Position numbers and translations under genes: made by a program
Assembly: GCA_032718475.1 (NCBI GenBank)
Contig: JAUCBJ010002410.1
Span: forward strand, 1 to 40,834
Direction of reading: 5' to 3'
DNA length: 40,834 nucleotides
From: Nemertoderma westbladi
Lineage: Eukaryota; Animalia; Xenacoelomorpha
In this document: positions 22,496 to 35,849 of the stretch, piece after piece
How positions within the stretch are numbered: the stretch's first letter is position 1
How the letters are laid out: every line of letters starts with the position of its first letter
The notes under the pieces: model-generated
Databases searched by the model: none
The model's input: the letters and a program-made list of their open reading frames with translations, nothing else
Told to the model about the DNA's origin: nothing

Positions 22496-22854
22496 TTTCT
22501 AGAGGTGCAAAATTATTTTCACAAAATTTCGCCTGATATTTATGTTGCCCCATCTTTGATCTATCATATAAAAAACGTTCATGTGATTAGATTCAAAACT
22601 GTAAAAGCCATAGGGTATTAAGCGCAACCAATATTTTTATTGTTACCTTGTATTAACTAAGATTAAATAGCGAAAAATAAAATTTTTCTAACCAATCATG
22701 TAGAATAGCTTATATTCAAATTATAGCAAAAATCAAACAATTTTGAAATGCTAAGAGTGATAAATCAAAGAGACAAAATATATAGTCCAAAGAAAATACG
22801 AATCACAGGGGTTAGTCATTGAAACATTCTAGTGGTGATATTAAATGGTATATA

Positions 22855-23330
22855 GTGTATAAATAAAGTATATAGGGTATAAATAAAGTATATAGGGTAT
22901 AAATAAAGTATATAGGGTATAAATAAAGTATATAGGGTATAAATAAAGTATATAGGGTATAAATATATAGGGTATAAATAAAGTAGATAGGGTATAAATA
23001 AAGTATAAAGGGTGTAAATAAAGTATATAGGGTATAAATAAAGTATATAGGGTATAAATAAGTGAATAATGTATATAAAGGGTGTAAGTAAAGTATATAA
23101 TATAGAGTATAATATATAATATAATTAATTAAATTATAATATAATATAATATAATATAATATATAATATATATAATATAGAGGGTATAAATAAAGTATAA
23201 ATATGGTATAAGAAAATGACGTAATAACACAAATAACAAACAAAACATAACACAAATAACAAACAAAACATAACATAAATAATAAACAAAACTTAACATA
23301 TATAATAAACAAACATAACACAAATAACAA
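22855..23330. repeat. AT-rich minisatellite (20-bp unit ATAAATAAAGTATATAGGGT) grading into ATATA and ACAAATAACAAAC repeats
   Basis: Directly visible tandem units. Confidence 0.9.
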
Positions 23331-23399
23331 GCAAAACTCAAAATAGTCAATGATTACAAGTTAAAAAAGAATTACGGGCATTATTGGTAAGTGGTAACT

Positions 23400-24210
23400 T
23401 TTAATTAATGTAGATATGGTAACATCAGTAATAATATTCTATCGAAATTGAGTGGAGATTGAGGGCCGGTTGATTTTACGATGCTGGAAGATCTGAGACA
23501 CGTAAGATGATGCACCGGGTAACTCTGGATTTCGCTAAGTGACAAAGTATGGTTTATCGAAATACATTTACCACGGATATCTGTGTAGTAAATGTGACAA
23601 CTACCCAAATCGTGATACTCATCCTCTACATCACCAATGTACACGAGTATACGTACAGACTCTCATGTTGCGGGGAGTTTTATTATATATGCCTGTTTCA
23701 ATTGCATTGCAAGGTCATGGGAACTTGTACTTATACGGGTGTAAGCGATCGGAGTTGGAGCACATGCAGTTGTATGCTTTTGGTCTGGTTAGTGATGGGT
23801 TGAGTTCGAGGTACGTGATGTACTTACTTCGGCCTTGTGCGGCGTTGTCCCTGATAGACTGTCTCAAAGCTGATAATGAAAGTTGCGTGCCCAGGTCACC
23901 GGGGGAAACATAATAATCCTTATTAACCTAACCTAACCTTAACTAACAAACCTTATTATTATAAAGCTGATATAATGATGCATCGTGGAGGTCTTTGTGG
24001 TTCTTATCTGCTTCTAGTTTTAAGTGTGTTGTGGAAGGTGTGTTTAGTTGGAGAGCGTGATGCAAAGGGGAGCTGATAAAATCATCACTCTGCTGGACAG
24101 TTTTAATGAATTTTCTAGTTCGTGCTTTTATGATATCAGAAATCAGAGGTCTGCCTAATTCTATATAAATGTGTTCATTTGGCGTGGAAAACTTAACGCC
24201 CAACATTCTC
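23400..24210 (-). mobile_element. Degenerate 3' end of a CR1/L2-group LINE ORF2
   Basis: LGVKFSTPNEHIYIELGR, then frameshifted KYITYLELNP...SSHDL..IETG...C...DVEDEYH...C, resembling the C-terminal Cys/His region of these LINEs. Confidence 0.65.
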
Positions 24211-24295
24211 GAGAGTCAGAAATATTATAGAAACCCAATATAAATTGGGAATCAACAATAAATTTTATAATCAACAGTGATATGTATGTATAGGC

Positions 24296-25477
24296 TGTTC
24301 GCGCTTTCAGACCTTTGGCAGTTTAACCCGCCAAATTAGGATGTCTTCTAGATAATAAATCACTTTTAGTCTATGACAAGTATTTAATTCACTACACTAG
24401 TCGAAACCAATCTGTGCGCGATCATTCACCCGCTGGATATACCCGGGAGATTGGGTTCGACGGCTTAATTTTATTGCTATGTAAGCCTAATGTATTATTC
24501 GACTGACAGTATTATATAATCTCTGACAATATTATTCACCTTCGGGAAATATTAACAGTTCCTTTAGGACGTGGCGCTCTATCTATATAAACAGAGTTAT
24601 GACTTAAACTACTCACAACGATATGGCTTAGTTATAATTCACATATATGGCGCATTCTTTAGGAAATGCTTCGTTATCAGGTTCACTCATACACAATGCT
24701 GCACAATACTGCACACTGATCTGCCGATCTTCACTGATTTTAGTTATATATAAAAGGAACACGGACCGACTCATGTAGGGTCTATCAAATAACATTAGAT
24801 TCACTTCAAACCACTTTAACATAAGTCACAATCGTTATATGTAACCTTTCTCTCTTACCTTCGGTATATCAAGAATATTGGGTTTCGGGGTTATTTATCG
24901 TTATTCCAAATATAATAATTCATCAACCATATTATGAAGAACTGACAGTAAATAGCAGTATAACAATATAAAAGTATGCACAGTGATTCAGTGTGTGTTA
25001 AGTTCATTAGTTTGGTTTGGATTGGTTTGATAACCAGTTTGTTATGTTATGATAACGGATATATGTCCTTATAATTAAGCCTACTAGTGTTCGACTAAAA
25101 CAGAAAAGCACAAAATATTTACAAGCCGTTCTCTCCTGGCTCAGGACAGAAAGACCAACAACACTGAAAACTGATAAGAATAACCTTATTTACAAAGGCT
25201 TCCACCCAACACAGAGAAAGAGCATACAGATAGGAAAATTCAGTTCAGTAGATCTGTGATAGGTCGAAATCAAAATCAACTCAAATCCTATTGGCAGATA
25301 CTTTCCCAAGCTGGTTGGACAATCAAACGTAGCCCAGATCCCTTCGCACAGCGAATCAGCCAATCAGCCGGTAGCTTGCGCTATTCGAGTTATAGATCCC
25401 CTTTTAGAGTATTCAGCGCCTGGGGGGGAACTGGTTAACAAGGCAAACGAATCAGTTATCCCACAAAAGCTTTTACA
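24296..25477 (-). repeat. 3' LTR of element 3
   Basis: No differences seen from 35850-37031 (constant offset 11554; ORF-track translations are identical). Confidence 0.96.
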
Positions 25478-27715
25478 CCGCTCCCAGAAAATGGGATTTA
25501 AGTCTATAAAATATACAAAATCACAATTTCTAATATACATAAATACTCTAAACAGTTAGTCTTTCTTGCGCGGACGGCGTTTACGCAGTTTTTTAAAGTT
25601 AGCCAGAGTCTTTTTCTCTTTGGGGGGAGCCACTTTACTAGGAGGGCCATAACTCCTGGGTGAAGGGTGCAACATGATTGCATTAGAAGGTTTGGGTTTA
25701 CGGTCGGTGTCTCGTCCATTTCGATATGCTTCTCCTCGAGCTGATTTTCCTCCGCTTGTCATGGGATACGTTCGTCCAAAACTCTCGCAGAGAATAGGGT
25801 TTTCTAAGCTTGATATCTTCTTTGAGATTCGAGGTTTCCCAATCGAACTGAGATAAGGCCAATTCGTTTATCGATTGGACTTACTGTTATAACTTACGTT
25901 TATCTGAACAAACGCAGGTTTCTTTTTTGATCTTTATAGAATAGCGTTTAACTCGTTTCGTACAACGCTCTCCTTCACCTTGATGAAGGGTTGTATCGCG
26001 TTAAACGGGACGACCATACGGTTGGATAGTGATATTAGGTGTCTGCGTCATAATCCGGCTAGGTAAGATGGGCGGCTAGCTAGAAATCACTGCCGGAGTG
26101 TTACCGATTAATTGTTAGGGTAGCACTAGATCTTGAACAGTGAATACCGTCCGCGAGGATCCGCGACACCACCAGGATCGCAGGTCTGAGGTCAAACTAA
26201 GGAATGAGGAGGTTTGACCGAGTATTCCGGGACTCTGATCGTAGGTTTACTCTAGGATCGTTAGAGCCGAGTGAGCATAGGTGATACGTCAAACAAGTTT
26301 CGCTCGAAACTCCAGTAAATATAACGAACACAACTGTGTTTAACACAACGTTTCCGTGGATGTTTATGTCTTTCCGTTTATTGGCTGGGTCTAGGGCATT
26401 TACCGTAATAATACCAAAGACGCACGTCTGGTAGGGGAAACGCGGATGATATTTATTTGTTGTTACAATGCTTCTATCAAGAATTCCAAATATATGTTGG
26501 AGTTACCGCGTTTATTTGTTTCTTTAATGTCTTTTCTTTCGAGCCGATTTCGAATAGAATTTTCGCATTCGAATTTCAGTTTATGGTTCCGACTCCGCTG
26601 GGCAGGATATATAGTCGACATAGTCCGTATTGTGTAAATCGATAGGATGATCAGTAGTTAAGAAGCCCATATACGTACCATTACGCTGCGTATATCGAGC
26701 AGCGAATTTTCTATAGTCCAACTCGCGCGAGCTGCTCTTGGGACATTGGCGGTTCGATATAACGACCATCGTCCTCCGCAGCAGTTGGACTAACGTCGCC
26801 GCGTATTAAGCTATCAACAAACGCTTGTAAAAGTAGAGTATATCGCTCCCCAATACCAAGAACATCTTCTATCAACTCCGTCATATCTGCTATATATGAG
26901 TTTATCCATATTATAATGAGTTTATATTTAGGCTAGCGAGCGTCGCTGCCTACCCCAATCAGCCCCAGGACAGTGCGAGATCCTCAGCGCAGATGTGTCG
27001 TCGCCGCTGTACTTTCTCCAACGACGTAGCCGCACAACGACAACGACAACCGGCACAAGTCACTCGACTGTCCGTCCCAAAGGCTTAGATACACCTCAGG
27101 TTCTTACTGGAGAGTTAGGGTTACTTTCACAATTGCGACTCGCTACTGTAAACACACCTTAGTAGTAACATTCGCCTATAAACTCACAAATACCACACAC
27201 ACAACTTGTCACAAATTACACACACTCGGGCCATTTGTCCGTTAGTCAATGCCTTCCAGAATGTCACTGTATTATTATGTATCCTTGGATACTAGCAGTG
27301 CGCTATTTATTCCCTATGCTATTCAATGGGACAAGCTTTCTATTGTTCTTTTAACTCAATTCTAATTCTAGCGTGGTTGTTGCTATGGTGACATTATGCA
27401 AAGCTAGCGGTAGAACTAGGGTAATTCCAATGCATACAGATCTGGGATGTTATTTAATAGTAATTCTTTAATGGTCAATGTCCTGTTTTATACATGACTT
27501 TATGAATTTTATCGGCTATTGACTATGTTTGGGAGACTTTCGCACACTCATACGCATAATAAGATAAATCTCCGCTCCCTTGATCTATTAATTAATGGAA
27601 TTTTGGGAATGTTATAAATTGCGTAAAAATGGCAATTTATTAAATTCATTAAAAGGCATGAATTTAAATTTATTCCCTGAAATTTTATTATTTGATAATT
27701 AAATTGACATATTTT

Positions 27716-27994
27716 GATTCTAGAACATGTCTGGGGACACAAGATCCTTAATTCTATGACAATTGTCTTTTTAAGAATATCGGTAAATGCTACGATATCT
27801 TAATTGACTAGAATTGTTGAAGGATCTGAATTTTACAGATTTTGATTTATTAGATTTGCAAATATTAAATAATTAATATTTGAGATGGGCACCGATTTAT
27901 TCCAGAACTTGTCTGGGGACGTTAACCACTGATTCTAGAATTTTGTCTTTCAAGTATATCGGTGGGTGCCACGATATCTTAATCGACTAGAATT
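27716..27994. repeat. Diverged tandem duplication (about 183-bp period) inside element 3
   Basis: AGAAC.TGTCTGGGGAC...TATCGGT...ACGATATCTTAAT.GACTAGAATT occurs twice. Confidence 0.7.
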
Positions 27995-28541
27995 ACAGAT
28001 GGTCAAAAGGTTTAACAGATTTATGTGCGTTTTACGCTACTGTTAAAGGGACATCACGCTACTATATGTATTATTTAATATACGGTATGAGAGCAATATC
28101 GCACGAAGCAATGTCAGTGTGAAGAGGCAAGTCGTTTCCAAGGTCTACCCAGAGCTTGGTTTAGCCGAGACACGAGGATCTGAACTTTACATTCCTAATA
28201 CTCTGCCTACCAATAATACTTAAATATAGTAGTGGCTTTATTGTACTTTAATAAGTACGGATATTTCATCTTACTGTAGTCACGTATTTATAATATGATA
28301 CGGGCAGTAAGGAAAGAGAAAAAGAATTATTTCTCGCCGTCGCACTAAATATATAATATACGTAATTAAATAATAAACGCGAATATATATTGCACTAATC
28401 TACTAAATAATCTCTAAAATACCATACTACTAAATAAAATTAAATAAAACGATTAAAATAAAATTACATAATAATACATACATAAATATAAAAATAAAAC
28501 AAATACAAAATAATAGAGTCACACACCCACTCCATATGTTG

Positions 28542-31500
28542 TTACGTTATGGAATCCCTACATGTTTGAAGGATTAGGGAGGTGGTCGTGGGAAGAGAAT
28601 CTTGCCTTCCACAGTTTCCGGAGAGTCCTCCATTCCCTTCCGGTAAACACAAACGACCAGCTGGGCGATTGAGTCGCTGCATCCCGAATACAATTCCAGG
28701 TTTCCTCTTCGTCCTGGAATAGTGACGATAGAAACATCGCTCTAGGTACATGACGGCCTTACAAAGCCGATTCCAGGAGATATAGTGGTCCGTCGCTCCC
28801 TGCAGGAGAGGTGAGAGTCCCTGCGAGACGTCTGATGTTCCAGAGCTCCAATCGCTCTCTCTGATCTTCATGAAGGATCCACTCGCGGTGGGGAGGTCCA
28901 GATCCACGGCGTCGTCCCTGGCAATATGTAATACCGACAGATCTATCCCGGGTTCGAATAACTCCGCTCCACCCGTCCGGGTTTTAGGTTTAACTTTCTC
29001 CGCTCCCTTGGCTGGTCTAATCTCAGTCGGAGTAAGATGGGGAGGCCATTCATCCTCCTTACTCAGGAAGTCGGGTTCACCTAACCGGTCTGTAGTATCG
29101 GTCAGTTCTTGAGGAGTTGCTCCTCTGGAAGCGATGTCAGTTGGATTAAACTTCTTGGGGCAATATCTCCATTGATCTACATTGGAGCTAATATTGTCAT
29201 TATCTGAAGAGTATGGTGTTCCCTCAGTTGGGTCGTCTCCCTCACTAGTATCATCTTCCCATTCACTCACCTGGCAGACGCGATCTTGAAGCAGTCTTTC
29301 TCTGAGCGTTCTTCGGGAAGGTCCAGTAAGGTACCAACCTACTCTAGTTCTTACCGCATAGGTCTGTAGTGGCTGCGGTTGAGCAGGCCGTTTCTCTAAT
29401 GTCTCCAGCGCCTCATGCGCGTTTTGGCCGATGAGTATTTGCACTCCAGGATAATCAGTCTGGAATCGAGGTATGTTAAGATGTTGGATGCTCTCATCCT
29501 CGTCCCAATTATAAAGGTCTGCTTGAGTAGTAGCGAAGTTCTTTATAGCCACCATTTTCACTGACCTTATGCTATGTTCTCCTAGTTCGTCCTGGGGGGT
29601 GGACAACGCTCCTACATAATAATCCGCTGTTATTGTAGATTTCCAAACTTGCATAATGCCGGACATGTTGAGCTTAGTTTGGAACTTGGGTTGTCCAGCA
29701 AATATATCTTCGGCTAGCTCTTTGTCGATGAATTTTCTTGTACTACCGGAGTCAAGGAGGGCGTTCACTACATAACTCCTCTTAGGTCCGTGAACCCTTA
29801 CTTGCACCACAGGAAACTCTCGGATCCCTACATTGGAAGATGGCTCTTTCCAAGATGGTTGTCGCTCAGAAGTAGTTAGAGTAAAGTCGTTGTCTGTATC
29901 CTTTTCATAGGTGAGTGCTCGATACACTGCGGTATTTATCATGTAACAGGATTCGTTTTCGTCGGAGAACTCGTCCGTATAGAATCCTTCCATCTCAGAT
30001 TGATCAGTGTCGTTCACATCACTGAATTGGACATGTAGCTCGGAATCACTTACCTGATTCGGACTATTTCGCTCGAATTCAGCGTGCAACAAGATATGAT
30101 GTTTCGCACCACACTTTGCACACCTTATGTCAGAGAAACAGGTACGCCGTTGGTGTCCTTGTCTGAGGCAATTATAACATAACCGCTTATCCCACATGAC
30201 TTCGCGTCTCTCCGTTAATGACTTCTTCAGGAATTCATCACACATATTCAAACGGTGGGTCCCGTCACACAGCGCACATTTCGGTTTGATGTTACTTACC
30301 TTATTTTGAGTCACATTGTGTACACTTGCCTTTTCTTCGGGCTTTCTCACCGGAATTCTCTTGGGAGACGTGGGAGGAGTTTTTCTTACCTGTTCTCTCC
30401 TGTCATTTGCTCGAGACTTGAATTTACTTACCTGATCTTTAGGCATTTTATTGACATAATAAGATCTCTCAGTGTCTTTCCCGCTATCTTCTCCTTGAGA
30501 AGTCTGGCTTTCGCCGTCGTCTGTATAACACACTGGTGTTACCTTTCTCCTAGAGACGGGTTTTTCACTTACCTTGTTTTCCGGTGTCTTCTCTCTGGAC
30601 AGTTTCAGGAGCTGTAATTTCACTTCTCCATCTAGGAATGACATGAGATCAGCCATGGTAGGGTCTCGTCGTTGTTGTTCCATCATATATAACACTTTCT
30701 TATCCCAGCGTGTACCTACTCCACCCTTCGGTAAAGTAGAAGCCACTGCTCTAATAACCATAGCATTCTGATACTCCTGAGACTTACCTAGCCAATCTAA
30801 TTGTCTACAGATCTCCTGAATCTCATCGGAAAACTCGATAATTCCGCTGCTAATAAACTTTCGGGGCGCTACCAACTTTGCATACAAATACCCAGCGATG
30901 TTATTCCTATTACCATACCTGATGTTTAGTGTATCCCAAACTTGTCTTAATCCGTCTGGATGTCCAATAAACTTTAACGCCATTAACTTGGGAGATCCTT
31001 CCAAGCACTCGATGAGGTATCTAAGTTTTTCTCCATTAGATAGTACAGAGTTCTGTATGTTATCTTTGTAATATTCATTAAAAGGTAACCATTTCATCTC
31101 ATCTCCATTGAACTTGACGATCTCTCCCACCTTGACCGCTTGCCGGGCTTCGGTTCTAGCCATTTGACGCGTAAAACTTTCTTGGGCCATCGTGTTATTT
31201 AATATCGAGTTATCGGTATATAAATTTCTCGGATTATGATCAGTTCTATAGGGAATGTCATTATCAACAGGTCTATAATTACCCTTAATAGGGTTCACTA
31301 TAGGAGTTTCTACTTCGCTAGCAGTATAGATGCGTGTAGGCTCCACACCTTGCGCATGCGATACTTCAGACCTAACAGGTTGACACATTGTTACAGAGGG
31401 TGGTGGTATACCCTTTTGAGTATTTACTAATTTATCGCATTCTAGCGCGATACTTTGCTGCACTTCTTGCAACTCTAGCCTACTTTCCCTTACTGTGCCC

Positions 31501-33590
31501 TTGAATTGCTGGACAGTCTCCTGCATCTGCCCGAGCAGGAGATCCATCCCCCGCCGTCTCTCGTCCACCCATTCGACCGCCGAAGCGGGAGTCGCCAACG
31601 TTGTAGCGGGCAGACGAGGGACCACGGGCGACAAATCAGGAATATTTCGCTCGGGGTCCAGGACCTGAACTGTCTCCTGGGCAGTTCTACGGGGCACAGG
31701 TAGCTTAGTGCTATGCAGAGGGAATTTAGAGGTAGTTTCAGGGAGCACAGGTGTGTCTATCACCGAAGGGGTGATTTCAAGAACAGGCCTAATTATTTCA
31801 GGCTCATCTACTATAGTAGGGAGTCTTTCTATTTTAATTATTTGGTCTGTGGGCTCTGTACTACCTAAGTTGGTGTTATTTAGTTGCCTTCTAACAGCTG
31901 GAGGCAAATCAGGCAATTTCTGACGGTGGAATGTTCTTTTACGTCTGCTTAGACGAGATCTATTTCCTTTGCCTTCAGTATCGGTGGTATCGCCTTCCTC
32001 AGAAGATGTATATCCCTGCCTTTTGGGAGTAGATCGATTCATCATCTGCATATTACTAGCTGTTAACTGTTTATTTATGCAGTCTTGATTCTCCTGAATG
32101 TTTTCCAATTCTAATTGGGTGATTTCTTCAGTCGCTCTCCGTTCTGCTTCTGCCACTGCCTTTGCCGCCTTTCTTTCGGCTTCGGCCGCTTTTGCTTCTG
32201 CCGCTGCCGCTGCCACCTTTGACTCTGCCGCTGCCGCTGCCGCCTTTGCTTCTGCTGCTGCCTCTGCCGCCTAACTTTCAGCTTCGGCCGCTTTTGCTTC
32301 TGCCACTGCCGCTGCCGCCTTTGCCTCTGCCGCTGCCTCTGCCGCCTTTGCCTCTGCCGCTGCCTCTGCCGCTGCCGCTTTTCTTTCTGCTTCTGCAGCT
32401 ACCACTGCTGCTTTCTTTCTGTCTTCTATACGTTTTTTCTTTACTTGCTCCTCCTGGACTCGTGTGATGCGGAGTTGTTCATCAAATTTAGCCTGATTCG
32501 CAGCCCTCATTTCCACATCGATGGCATCCAACACAAGCTTGGTTCCTTCACTATTAGGGCTAAGTCCCTCTAACCTTCTCCTCAACTCGTCATCACCTAA
32601 AAAACGTTGATAGTCTGACAGATAGATGTCAATGGCATCCCTCTTATGCGGTTTCTCTGCCGTCGCTTCACTTTCCACTTGGGAAGAAATAGCGTCCGTT
32701 GATTCTCCATGGGTTGAGCGCTCCTCCAATTGAGCTTTCCACTGAGCTGCTCCTTGAACCTGGCGACTCACCCTTTGAAACCAAGTCTTTACGGCAACTT
32801 GCAACGACGTGTCTTGCCTTCGTTTAGAAGCCTCTTCAAAGGCCGATAATATTAGCCTGATTCGTAGAATTCTTTCTCTCACTTGATAAAGCAGTTGTCC
32901 CTGCTCTTGAGGTCCTTGTGGTTGTTGAAACAGTTGTCCTTTTACTCGCTCCATAGAGCTGAAGAATCCCTGTGCGTATCCGGCTGCGGACCTCTTCCAC
33001 ACAGCGGGATCGATGGTTTCCTTGGCTACTCCCATCCGGTGTATGTCTTCCCAGGCAGCTTCTGATAAATCAAACGGGAGTCCGGGTCCGGGGAAGTTCC
33101 ATTGCGACTCGACCATGGACTTCAGTTCTTCCCTTGTGTATCCAGCATAACTATCTCTAGTTGAACGCTGGCTTCTCGCCCAATCGATCTGGTGTTCTTC
33201 CACAGCGATCAATAACCTAGTGAGTACGGCTGCAGGAAGGATGAGAAGGGGATACGAATAAACCGCATCCATCATCTTTGCTCCGCGTTCTGGTGTCAGT
33301 TCTACCGTATCCTCACTACTGGAGCTGTTGGGCCATTGAGAAGTAAGTTCTTGGCTCGCGGGTTGTTGCTGTTCCGCTGCTTCTTGGTCCCGCTTGACCT
33401 GAGCTCTAGTGCCTATGATAGACCTACGATGTTGGACCAGCCTAGGTTCTGTTATTACTACTGGAGGGATGACCTTCCTCACAGTGGGAGGTGAACTGAA
33501 CTTACGACTAGACGGTTCTACATCTCTATCTGAGTCGCAGATAGTTACATCTAATAAACTGTCTGACAGGTTCTGCTTAGTATCAGACAT
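28542..33590 (-). CDS. gag: BEL/Pao Gag-protease polyprotein with one in-frame TAG (32271-32273) and an in-frame loss of RT/RNase H
   Basis: Ala/Glu/Lys helical repeat; Pao gag core FNGDEMKWLPF...EKLRYL; three knuckles CALCDGTHRLNMC, CYNCLRQGHQRRTC, CAKCGAKHHILLH; protease ALLDSGS...ILIG; then QWRYCPKKFNPTDIASRG (end of RNase H region). ORFs 32271-33590 and 28542-32216 share one frame. Confidence 0.9.
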
Positions 33591-34912
33591 GTTTATGTAT
33601 ACAGTTGAATGTCTACTGCTGTATTACAGTCTGAGCAAGTCTAGTAATTCAGTATTAACTGCTAGCCTAGTAATTAATTACCGATACTGCTACTCAGTGT
33701 AGCGTGATATATATATAATATATTAGAATACCGGTATACTTATAGTATATATAACTATATAAGTATTATTACAGACTAGGTTTATCACAGAATACCGGTA
33801 TAATTTTAGCACAAATATATAAATATATAATAGGCCTATCGGGAATACCGGTATACAGCTTACAGTTTGTATTATATATAATTCTGGAACAGAATTAATT
33901 ACAAGTACCGGTATAATTTCAGCCTAGATTTATAGAAATAAAGATAATAGGCCTATCGTAAATACCGGTATATCAATTATTTTAAATAATTGAATTTCTG
34001 AATTTTAGGGTTACTTTGTTACTTTACTTACTTTATTACCGTTATTTGAGCAGTAGTCCAACTGATATTGAGACCTAATGGTTGTATGGTAGGCCTACTA
34101 TTTATAAATCGTTAGATTTGATTTATAATATATATATACCCGTTTTAATGGGTTTTGTCAATGTTTGAAATAAATGTTATTATTTCTGGGGAACAATCAC
34201 TATACAAAGCGGTGCGCTTTCAGTGAAGTGTTACTTATAGGACACTAAAACAAATAATACTAATTTACCTAAGTTACTTAATACTACAAATTACGTACAA
34301 TTCGGGTGAGATTACAATCTCTAAATAAACACAAAAATTTACAAAAACACAAAATACGAAATTTCAGGGTAATTTTACAAGAAGTCTACAAACCAGCCTA
34401 ACAAAGGGTTAGGAAACTGGTTATTACAACGGACAGGGTACTGCGGTATTTGAAAATAATACGTAGTAGTAAATACACTGCGTTGTCCAGATAGGAAAAT
34501 ACCACCGCCTGACGACCTATAGCCGTATCGCTATAGGTTCTACGTTATGTATCACGGAGTGTTCCTACCTAGAAGTTAATAGAGCTAATCGAACGTGCCT
34601 ATCAACCACTTTACAACACAAATATAATGTCTACACTAATTACTCTCGGAAAGCACTGTACACTAAACCCTAAATTAGGTACGAGTACTTGTACAACAGA
34701 TAATCAGTAGTTAAATATACTTGAACATCTAAAAGAACCACGGCATCTGCTGGAGTGACCTGTGCACAAAATCACCAGTCTTTACCTACGCCAAGCAGCC
34801 CGTGTAGTACCGGGGTTAATTTAACTATAGCGGTATGTATAACAAACACAATTATTGTAGGAACAAACTTGGGGAATGAATGTTGCGAATAATCGCATAA
34901 ACTCTGAATAAT

Positions 34913-35479
34913 AAATATTACGCTACGCGTACAAACCACTCAAACAAAATGCAGACCAAATACTGACAGACTACTATCAAGCCTAAATAAACTACAGGAC
35001 ATGCAGACTCCGAAATGATTAGGTAGTATGCGTTCTAACCCAGTAGTACGACTTATTCTTTAGTTGGGGGTTTACCTTACAGCATTGGCTGCCCCTACTT
35101 CATAACCATTCTTTATCGGACAAGTGATCTACACACGCTGCAATCCGTTCAGACCTAATAACAGCCAGACAACTATCCAGCCTACAAATTATCTAAATAA
35201 ATATTATACGCTACCCGTACAGACTTACACAAACAAAGTACAGACGCAACGATGGCAGACTACTCTCAAGCCTAAATAAACTACAGGACATGCAGACTCC
35301 GAAATGATTAGGTAGTATGCGTTCTAACCCAGTAGTACGACTTATTCTTTAATTGGGGGTTTACCTTACAGCATTTGCTGCCCCTACTTCCTAACCGTTC
35401 TTTATCGGACAGGTGATCTACACACACTGCAATCCGTTCAGACCTAACAGCAATCAGACAACAGCTCAGCCTACAAATT
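34913..35479. repeat. Tandem duplication (289-bp period) in the long 5' leader of element 3
   Basis: GCCTAAATAAACTACAGGACATGCAGACTCCG... at 34981 and 35270. Confidence 0.9.
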
Positions 35480-35849
35480 GTCTGTACAATCTGATCAGGC
35501 TTACACGCCTTCTGTTCAATACTGGCCTACAAATAAAATAAAGCTGACAGAAATAAGTAAGCTCCAAAAGAAACAAGGGGTGTACAGTCCCTAATCTCTT
35601 AAACAGCCTACCGGTATACAACAATCAAATCGAATAATACTAATGTACTTATACGGGAAGTACCGGTTAGGACAGTTAGGCCTACGGACCTACAGAAGTA
35701 CCGGTTCTGGCAGTTGGACCTACGGACCTACGGCAGTACCGGTTCTGGGAGTTGGGCCTACTGACCTACAGATGTACCGTTCAGGTTTACCGGTTGACCG
35801 GTACTTTCAACTTTATTGCTTACTGCAATAAAGAAGCAATATCCGTTAT

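Noticed and set aside
22812-23350. 172-aa and 73-aa hydrophobic Tyr/Ile/Leu-rich ORFs
   Set aside because: These are translations of an AT-rich minisatellite.
23923-23943. (TAACC)3 resembling the arthropod TTAGG telomere repeat
   Set aside because: Only three units inside a decayed LINE; too short to call telomeric.
24571-25438. Small ORFs duplicated at 36125-36992
   Set aside because: They lie within the LTRs, are 60-64 aa and have no recognisable motifs; the duplication simply reflects the LTR pair.
25478-28541. Possible env-like gene between the gag ORF and the 3' LTR of element 3
   Set aside because: No long ORF, signal peptide or transmembrane-anchored frame on the element strand.
32162-32467. 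Leu/Pro-rich plus-strand ORF
   Set aside because: Antisense shadow of the Ala/Glu/Lys repeat in gag.
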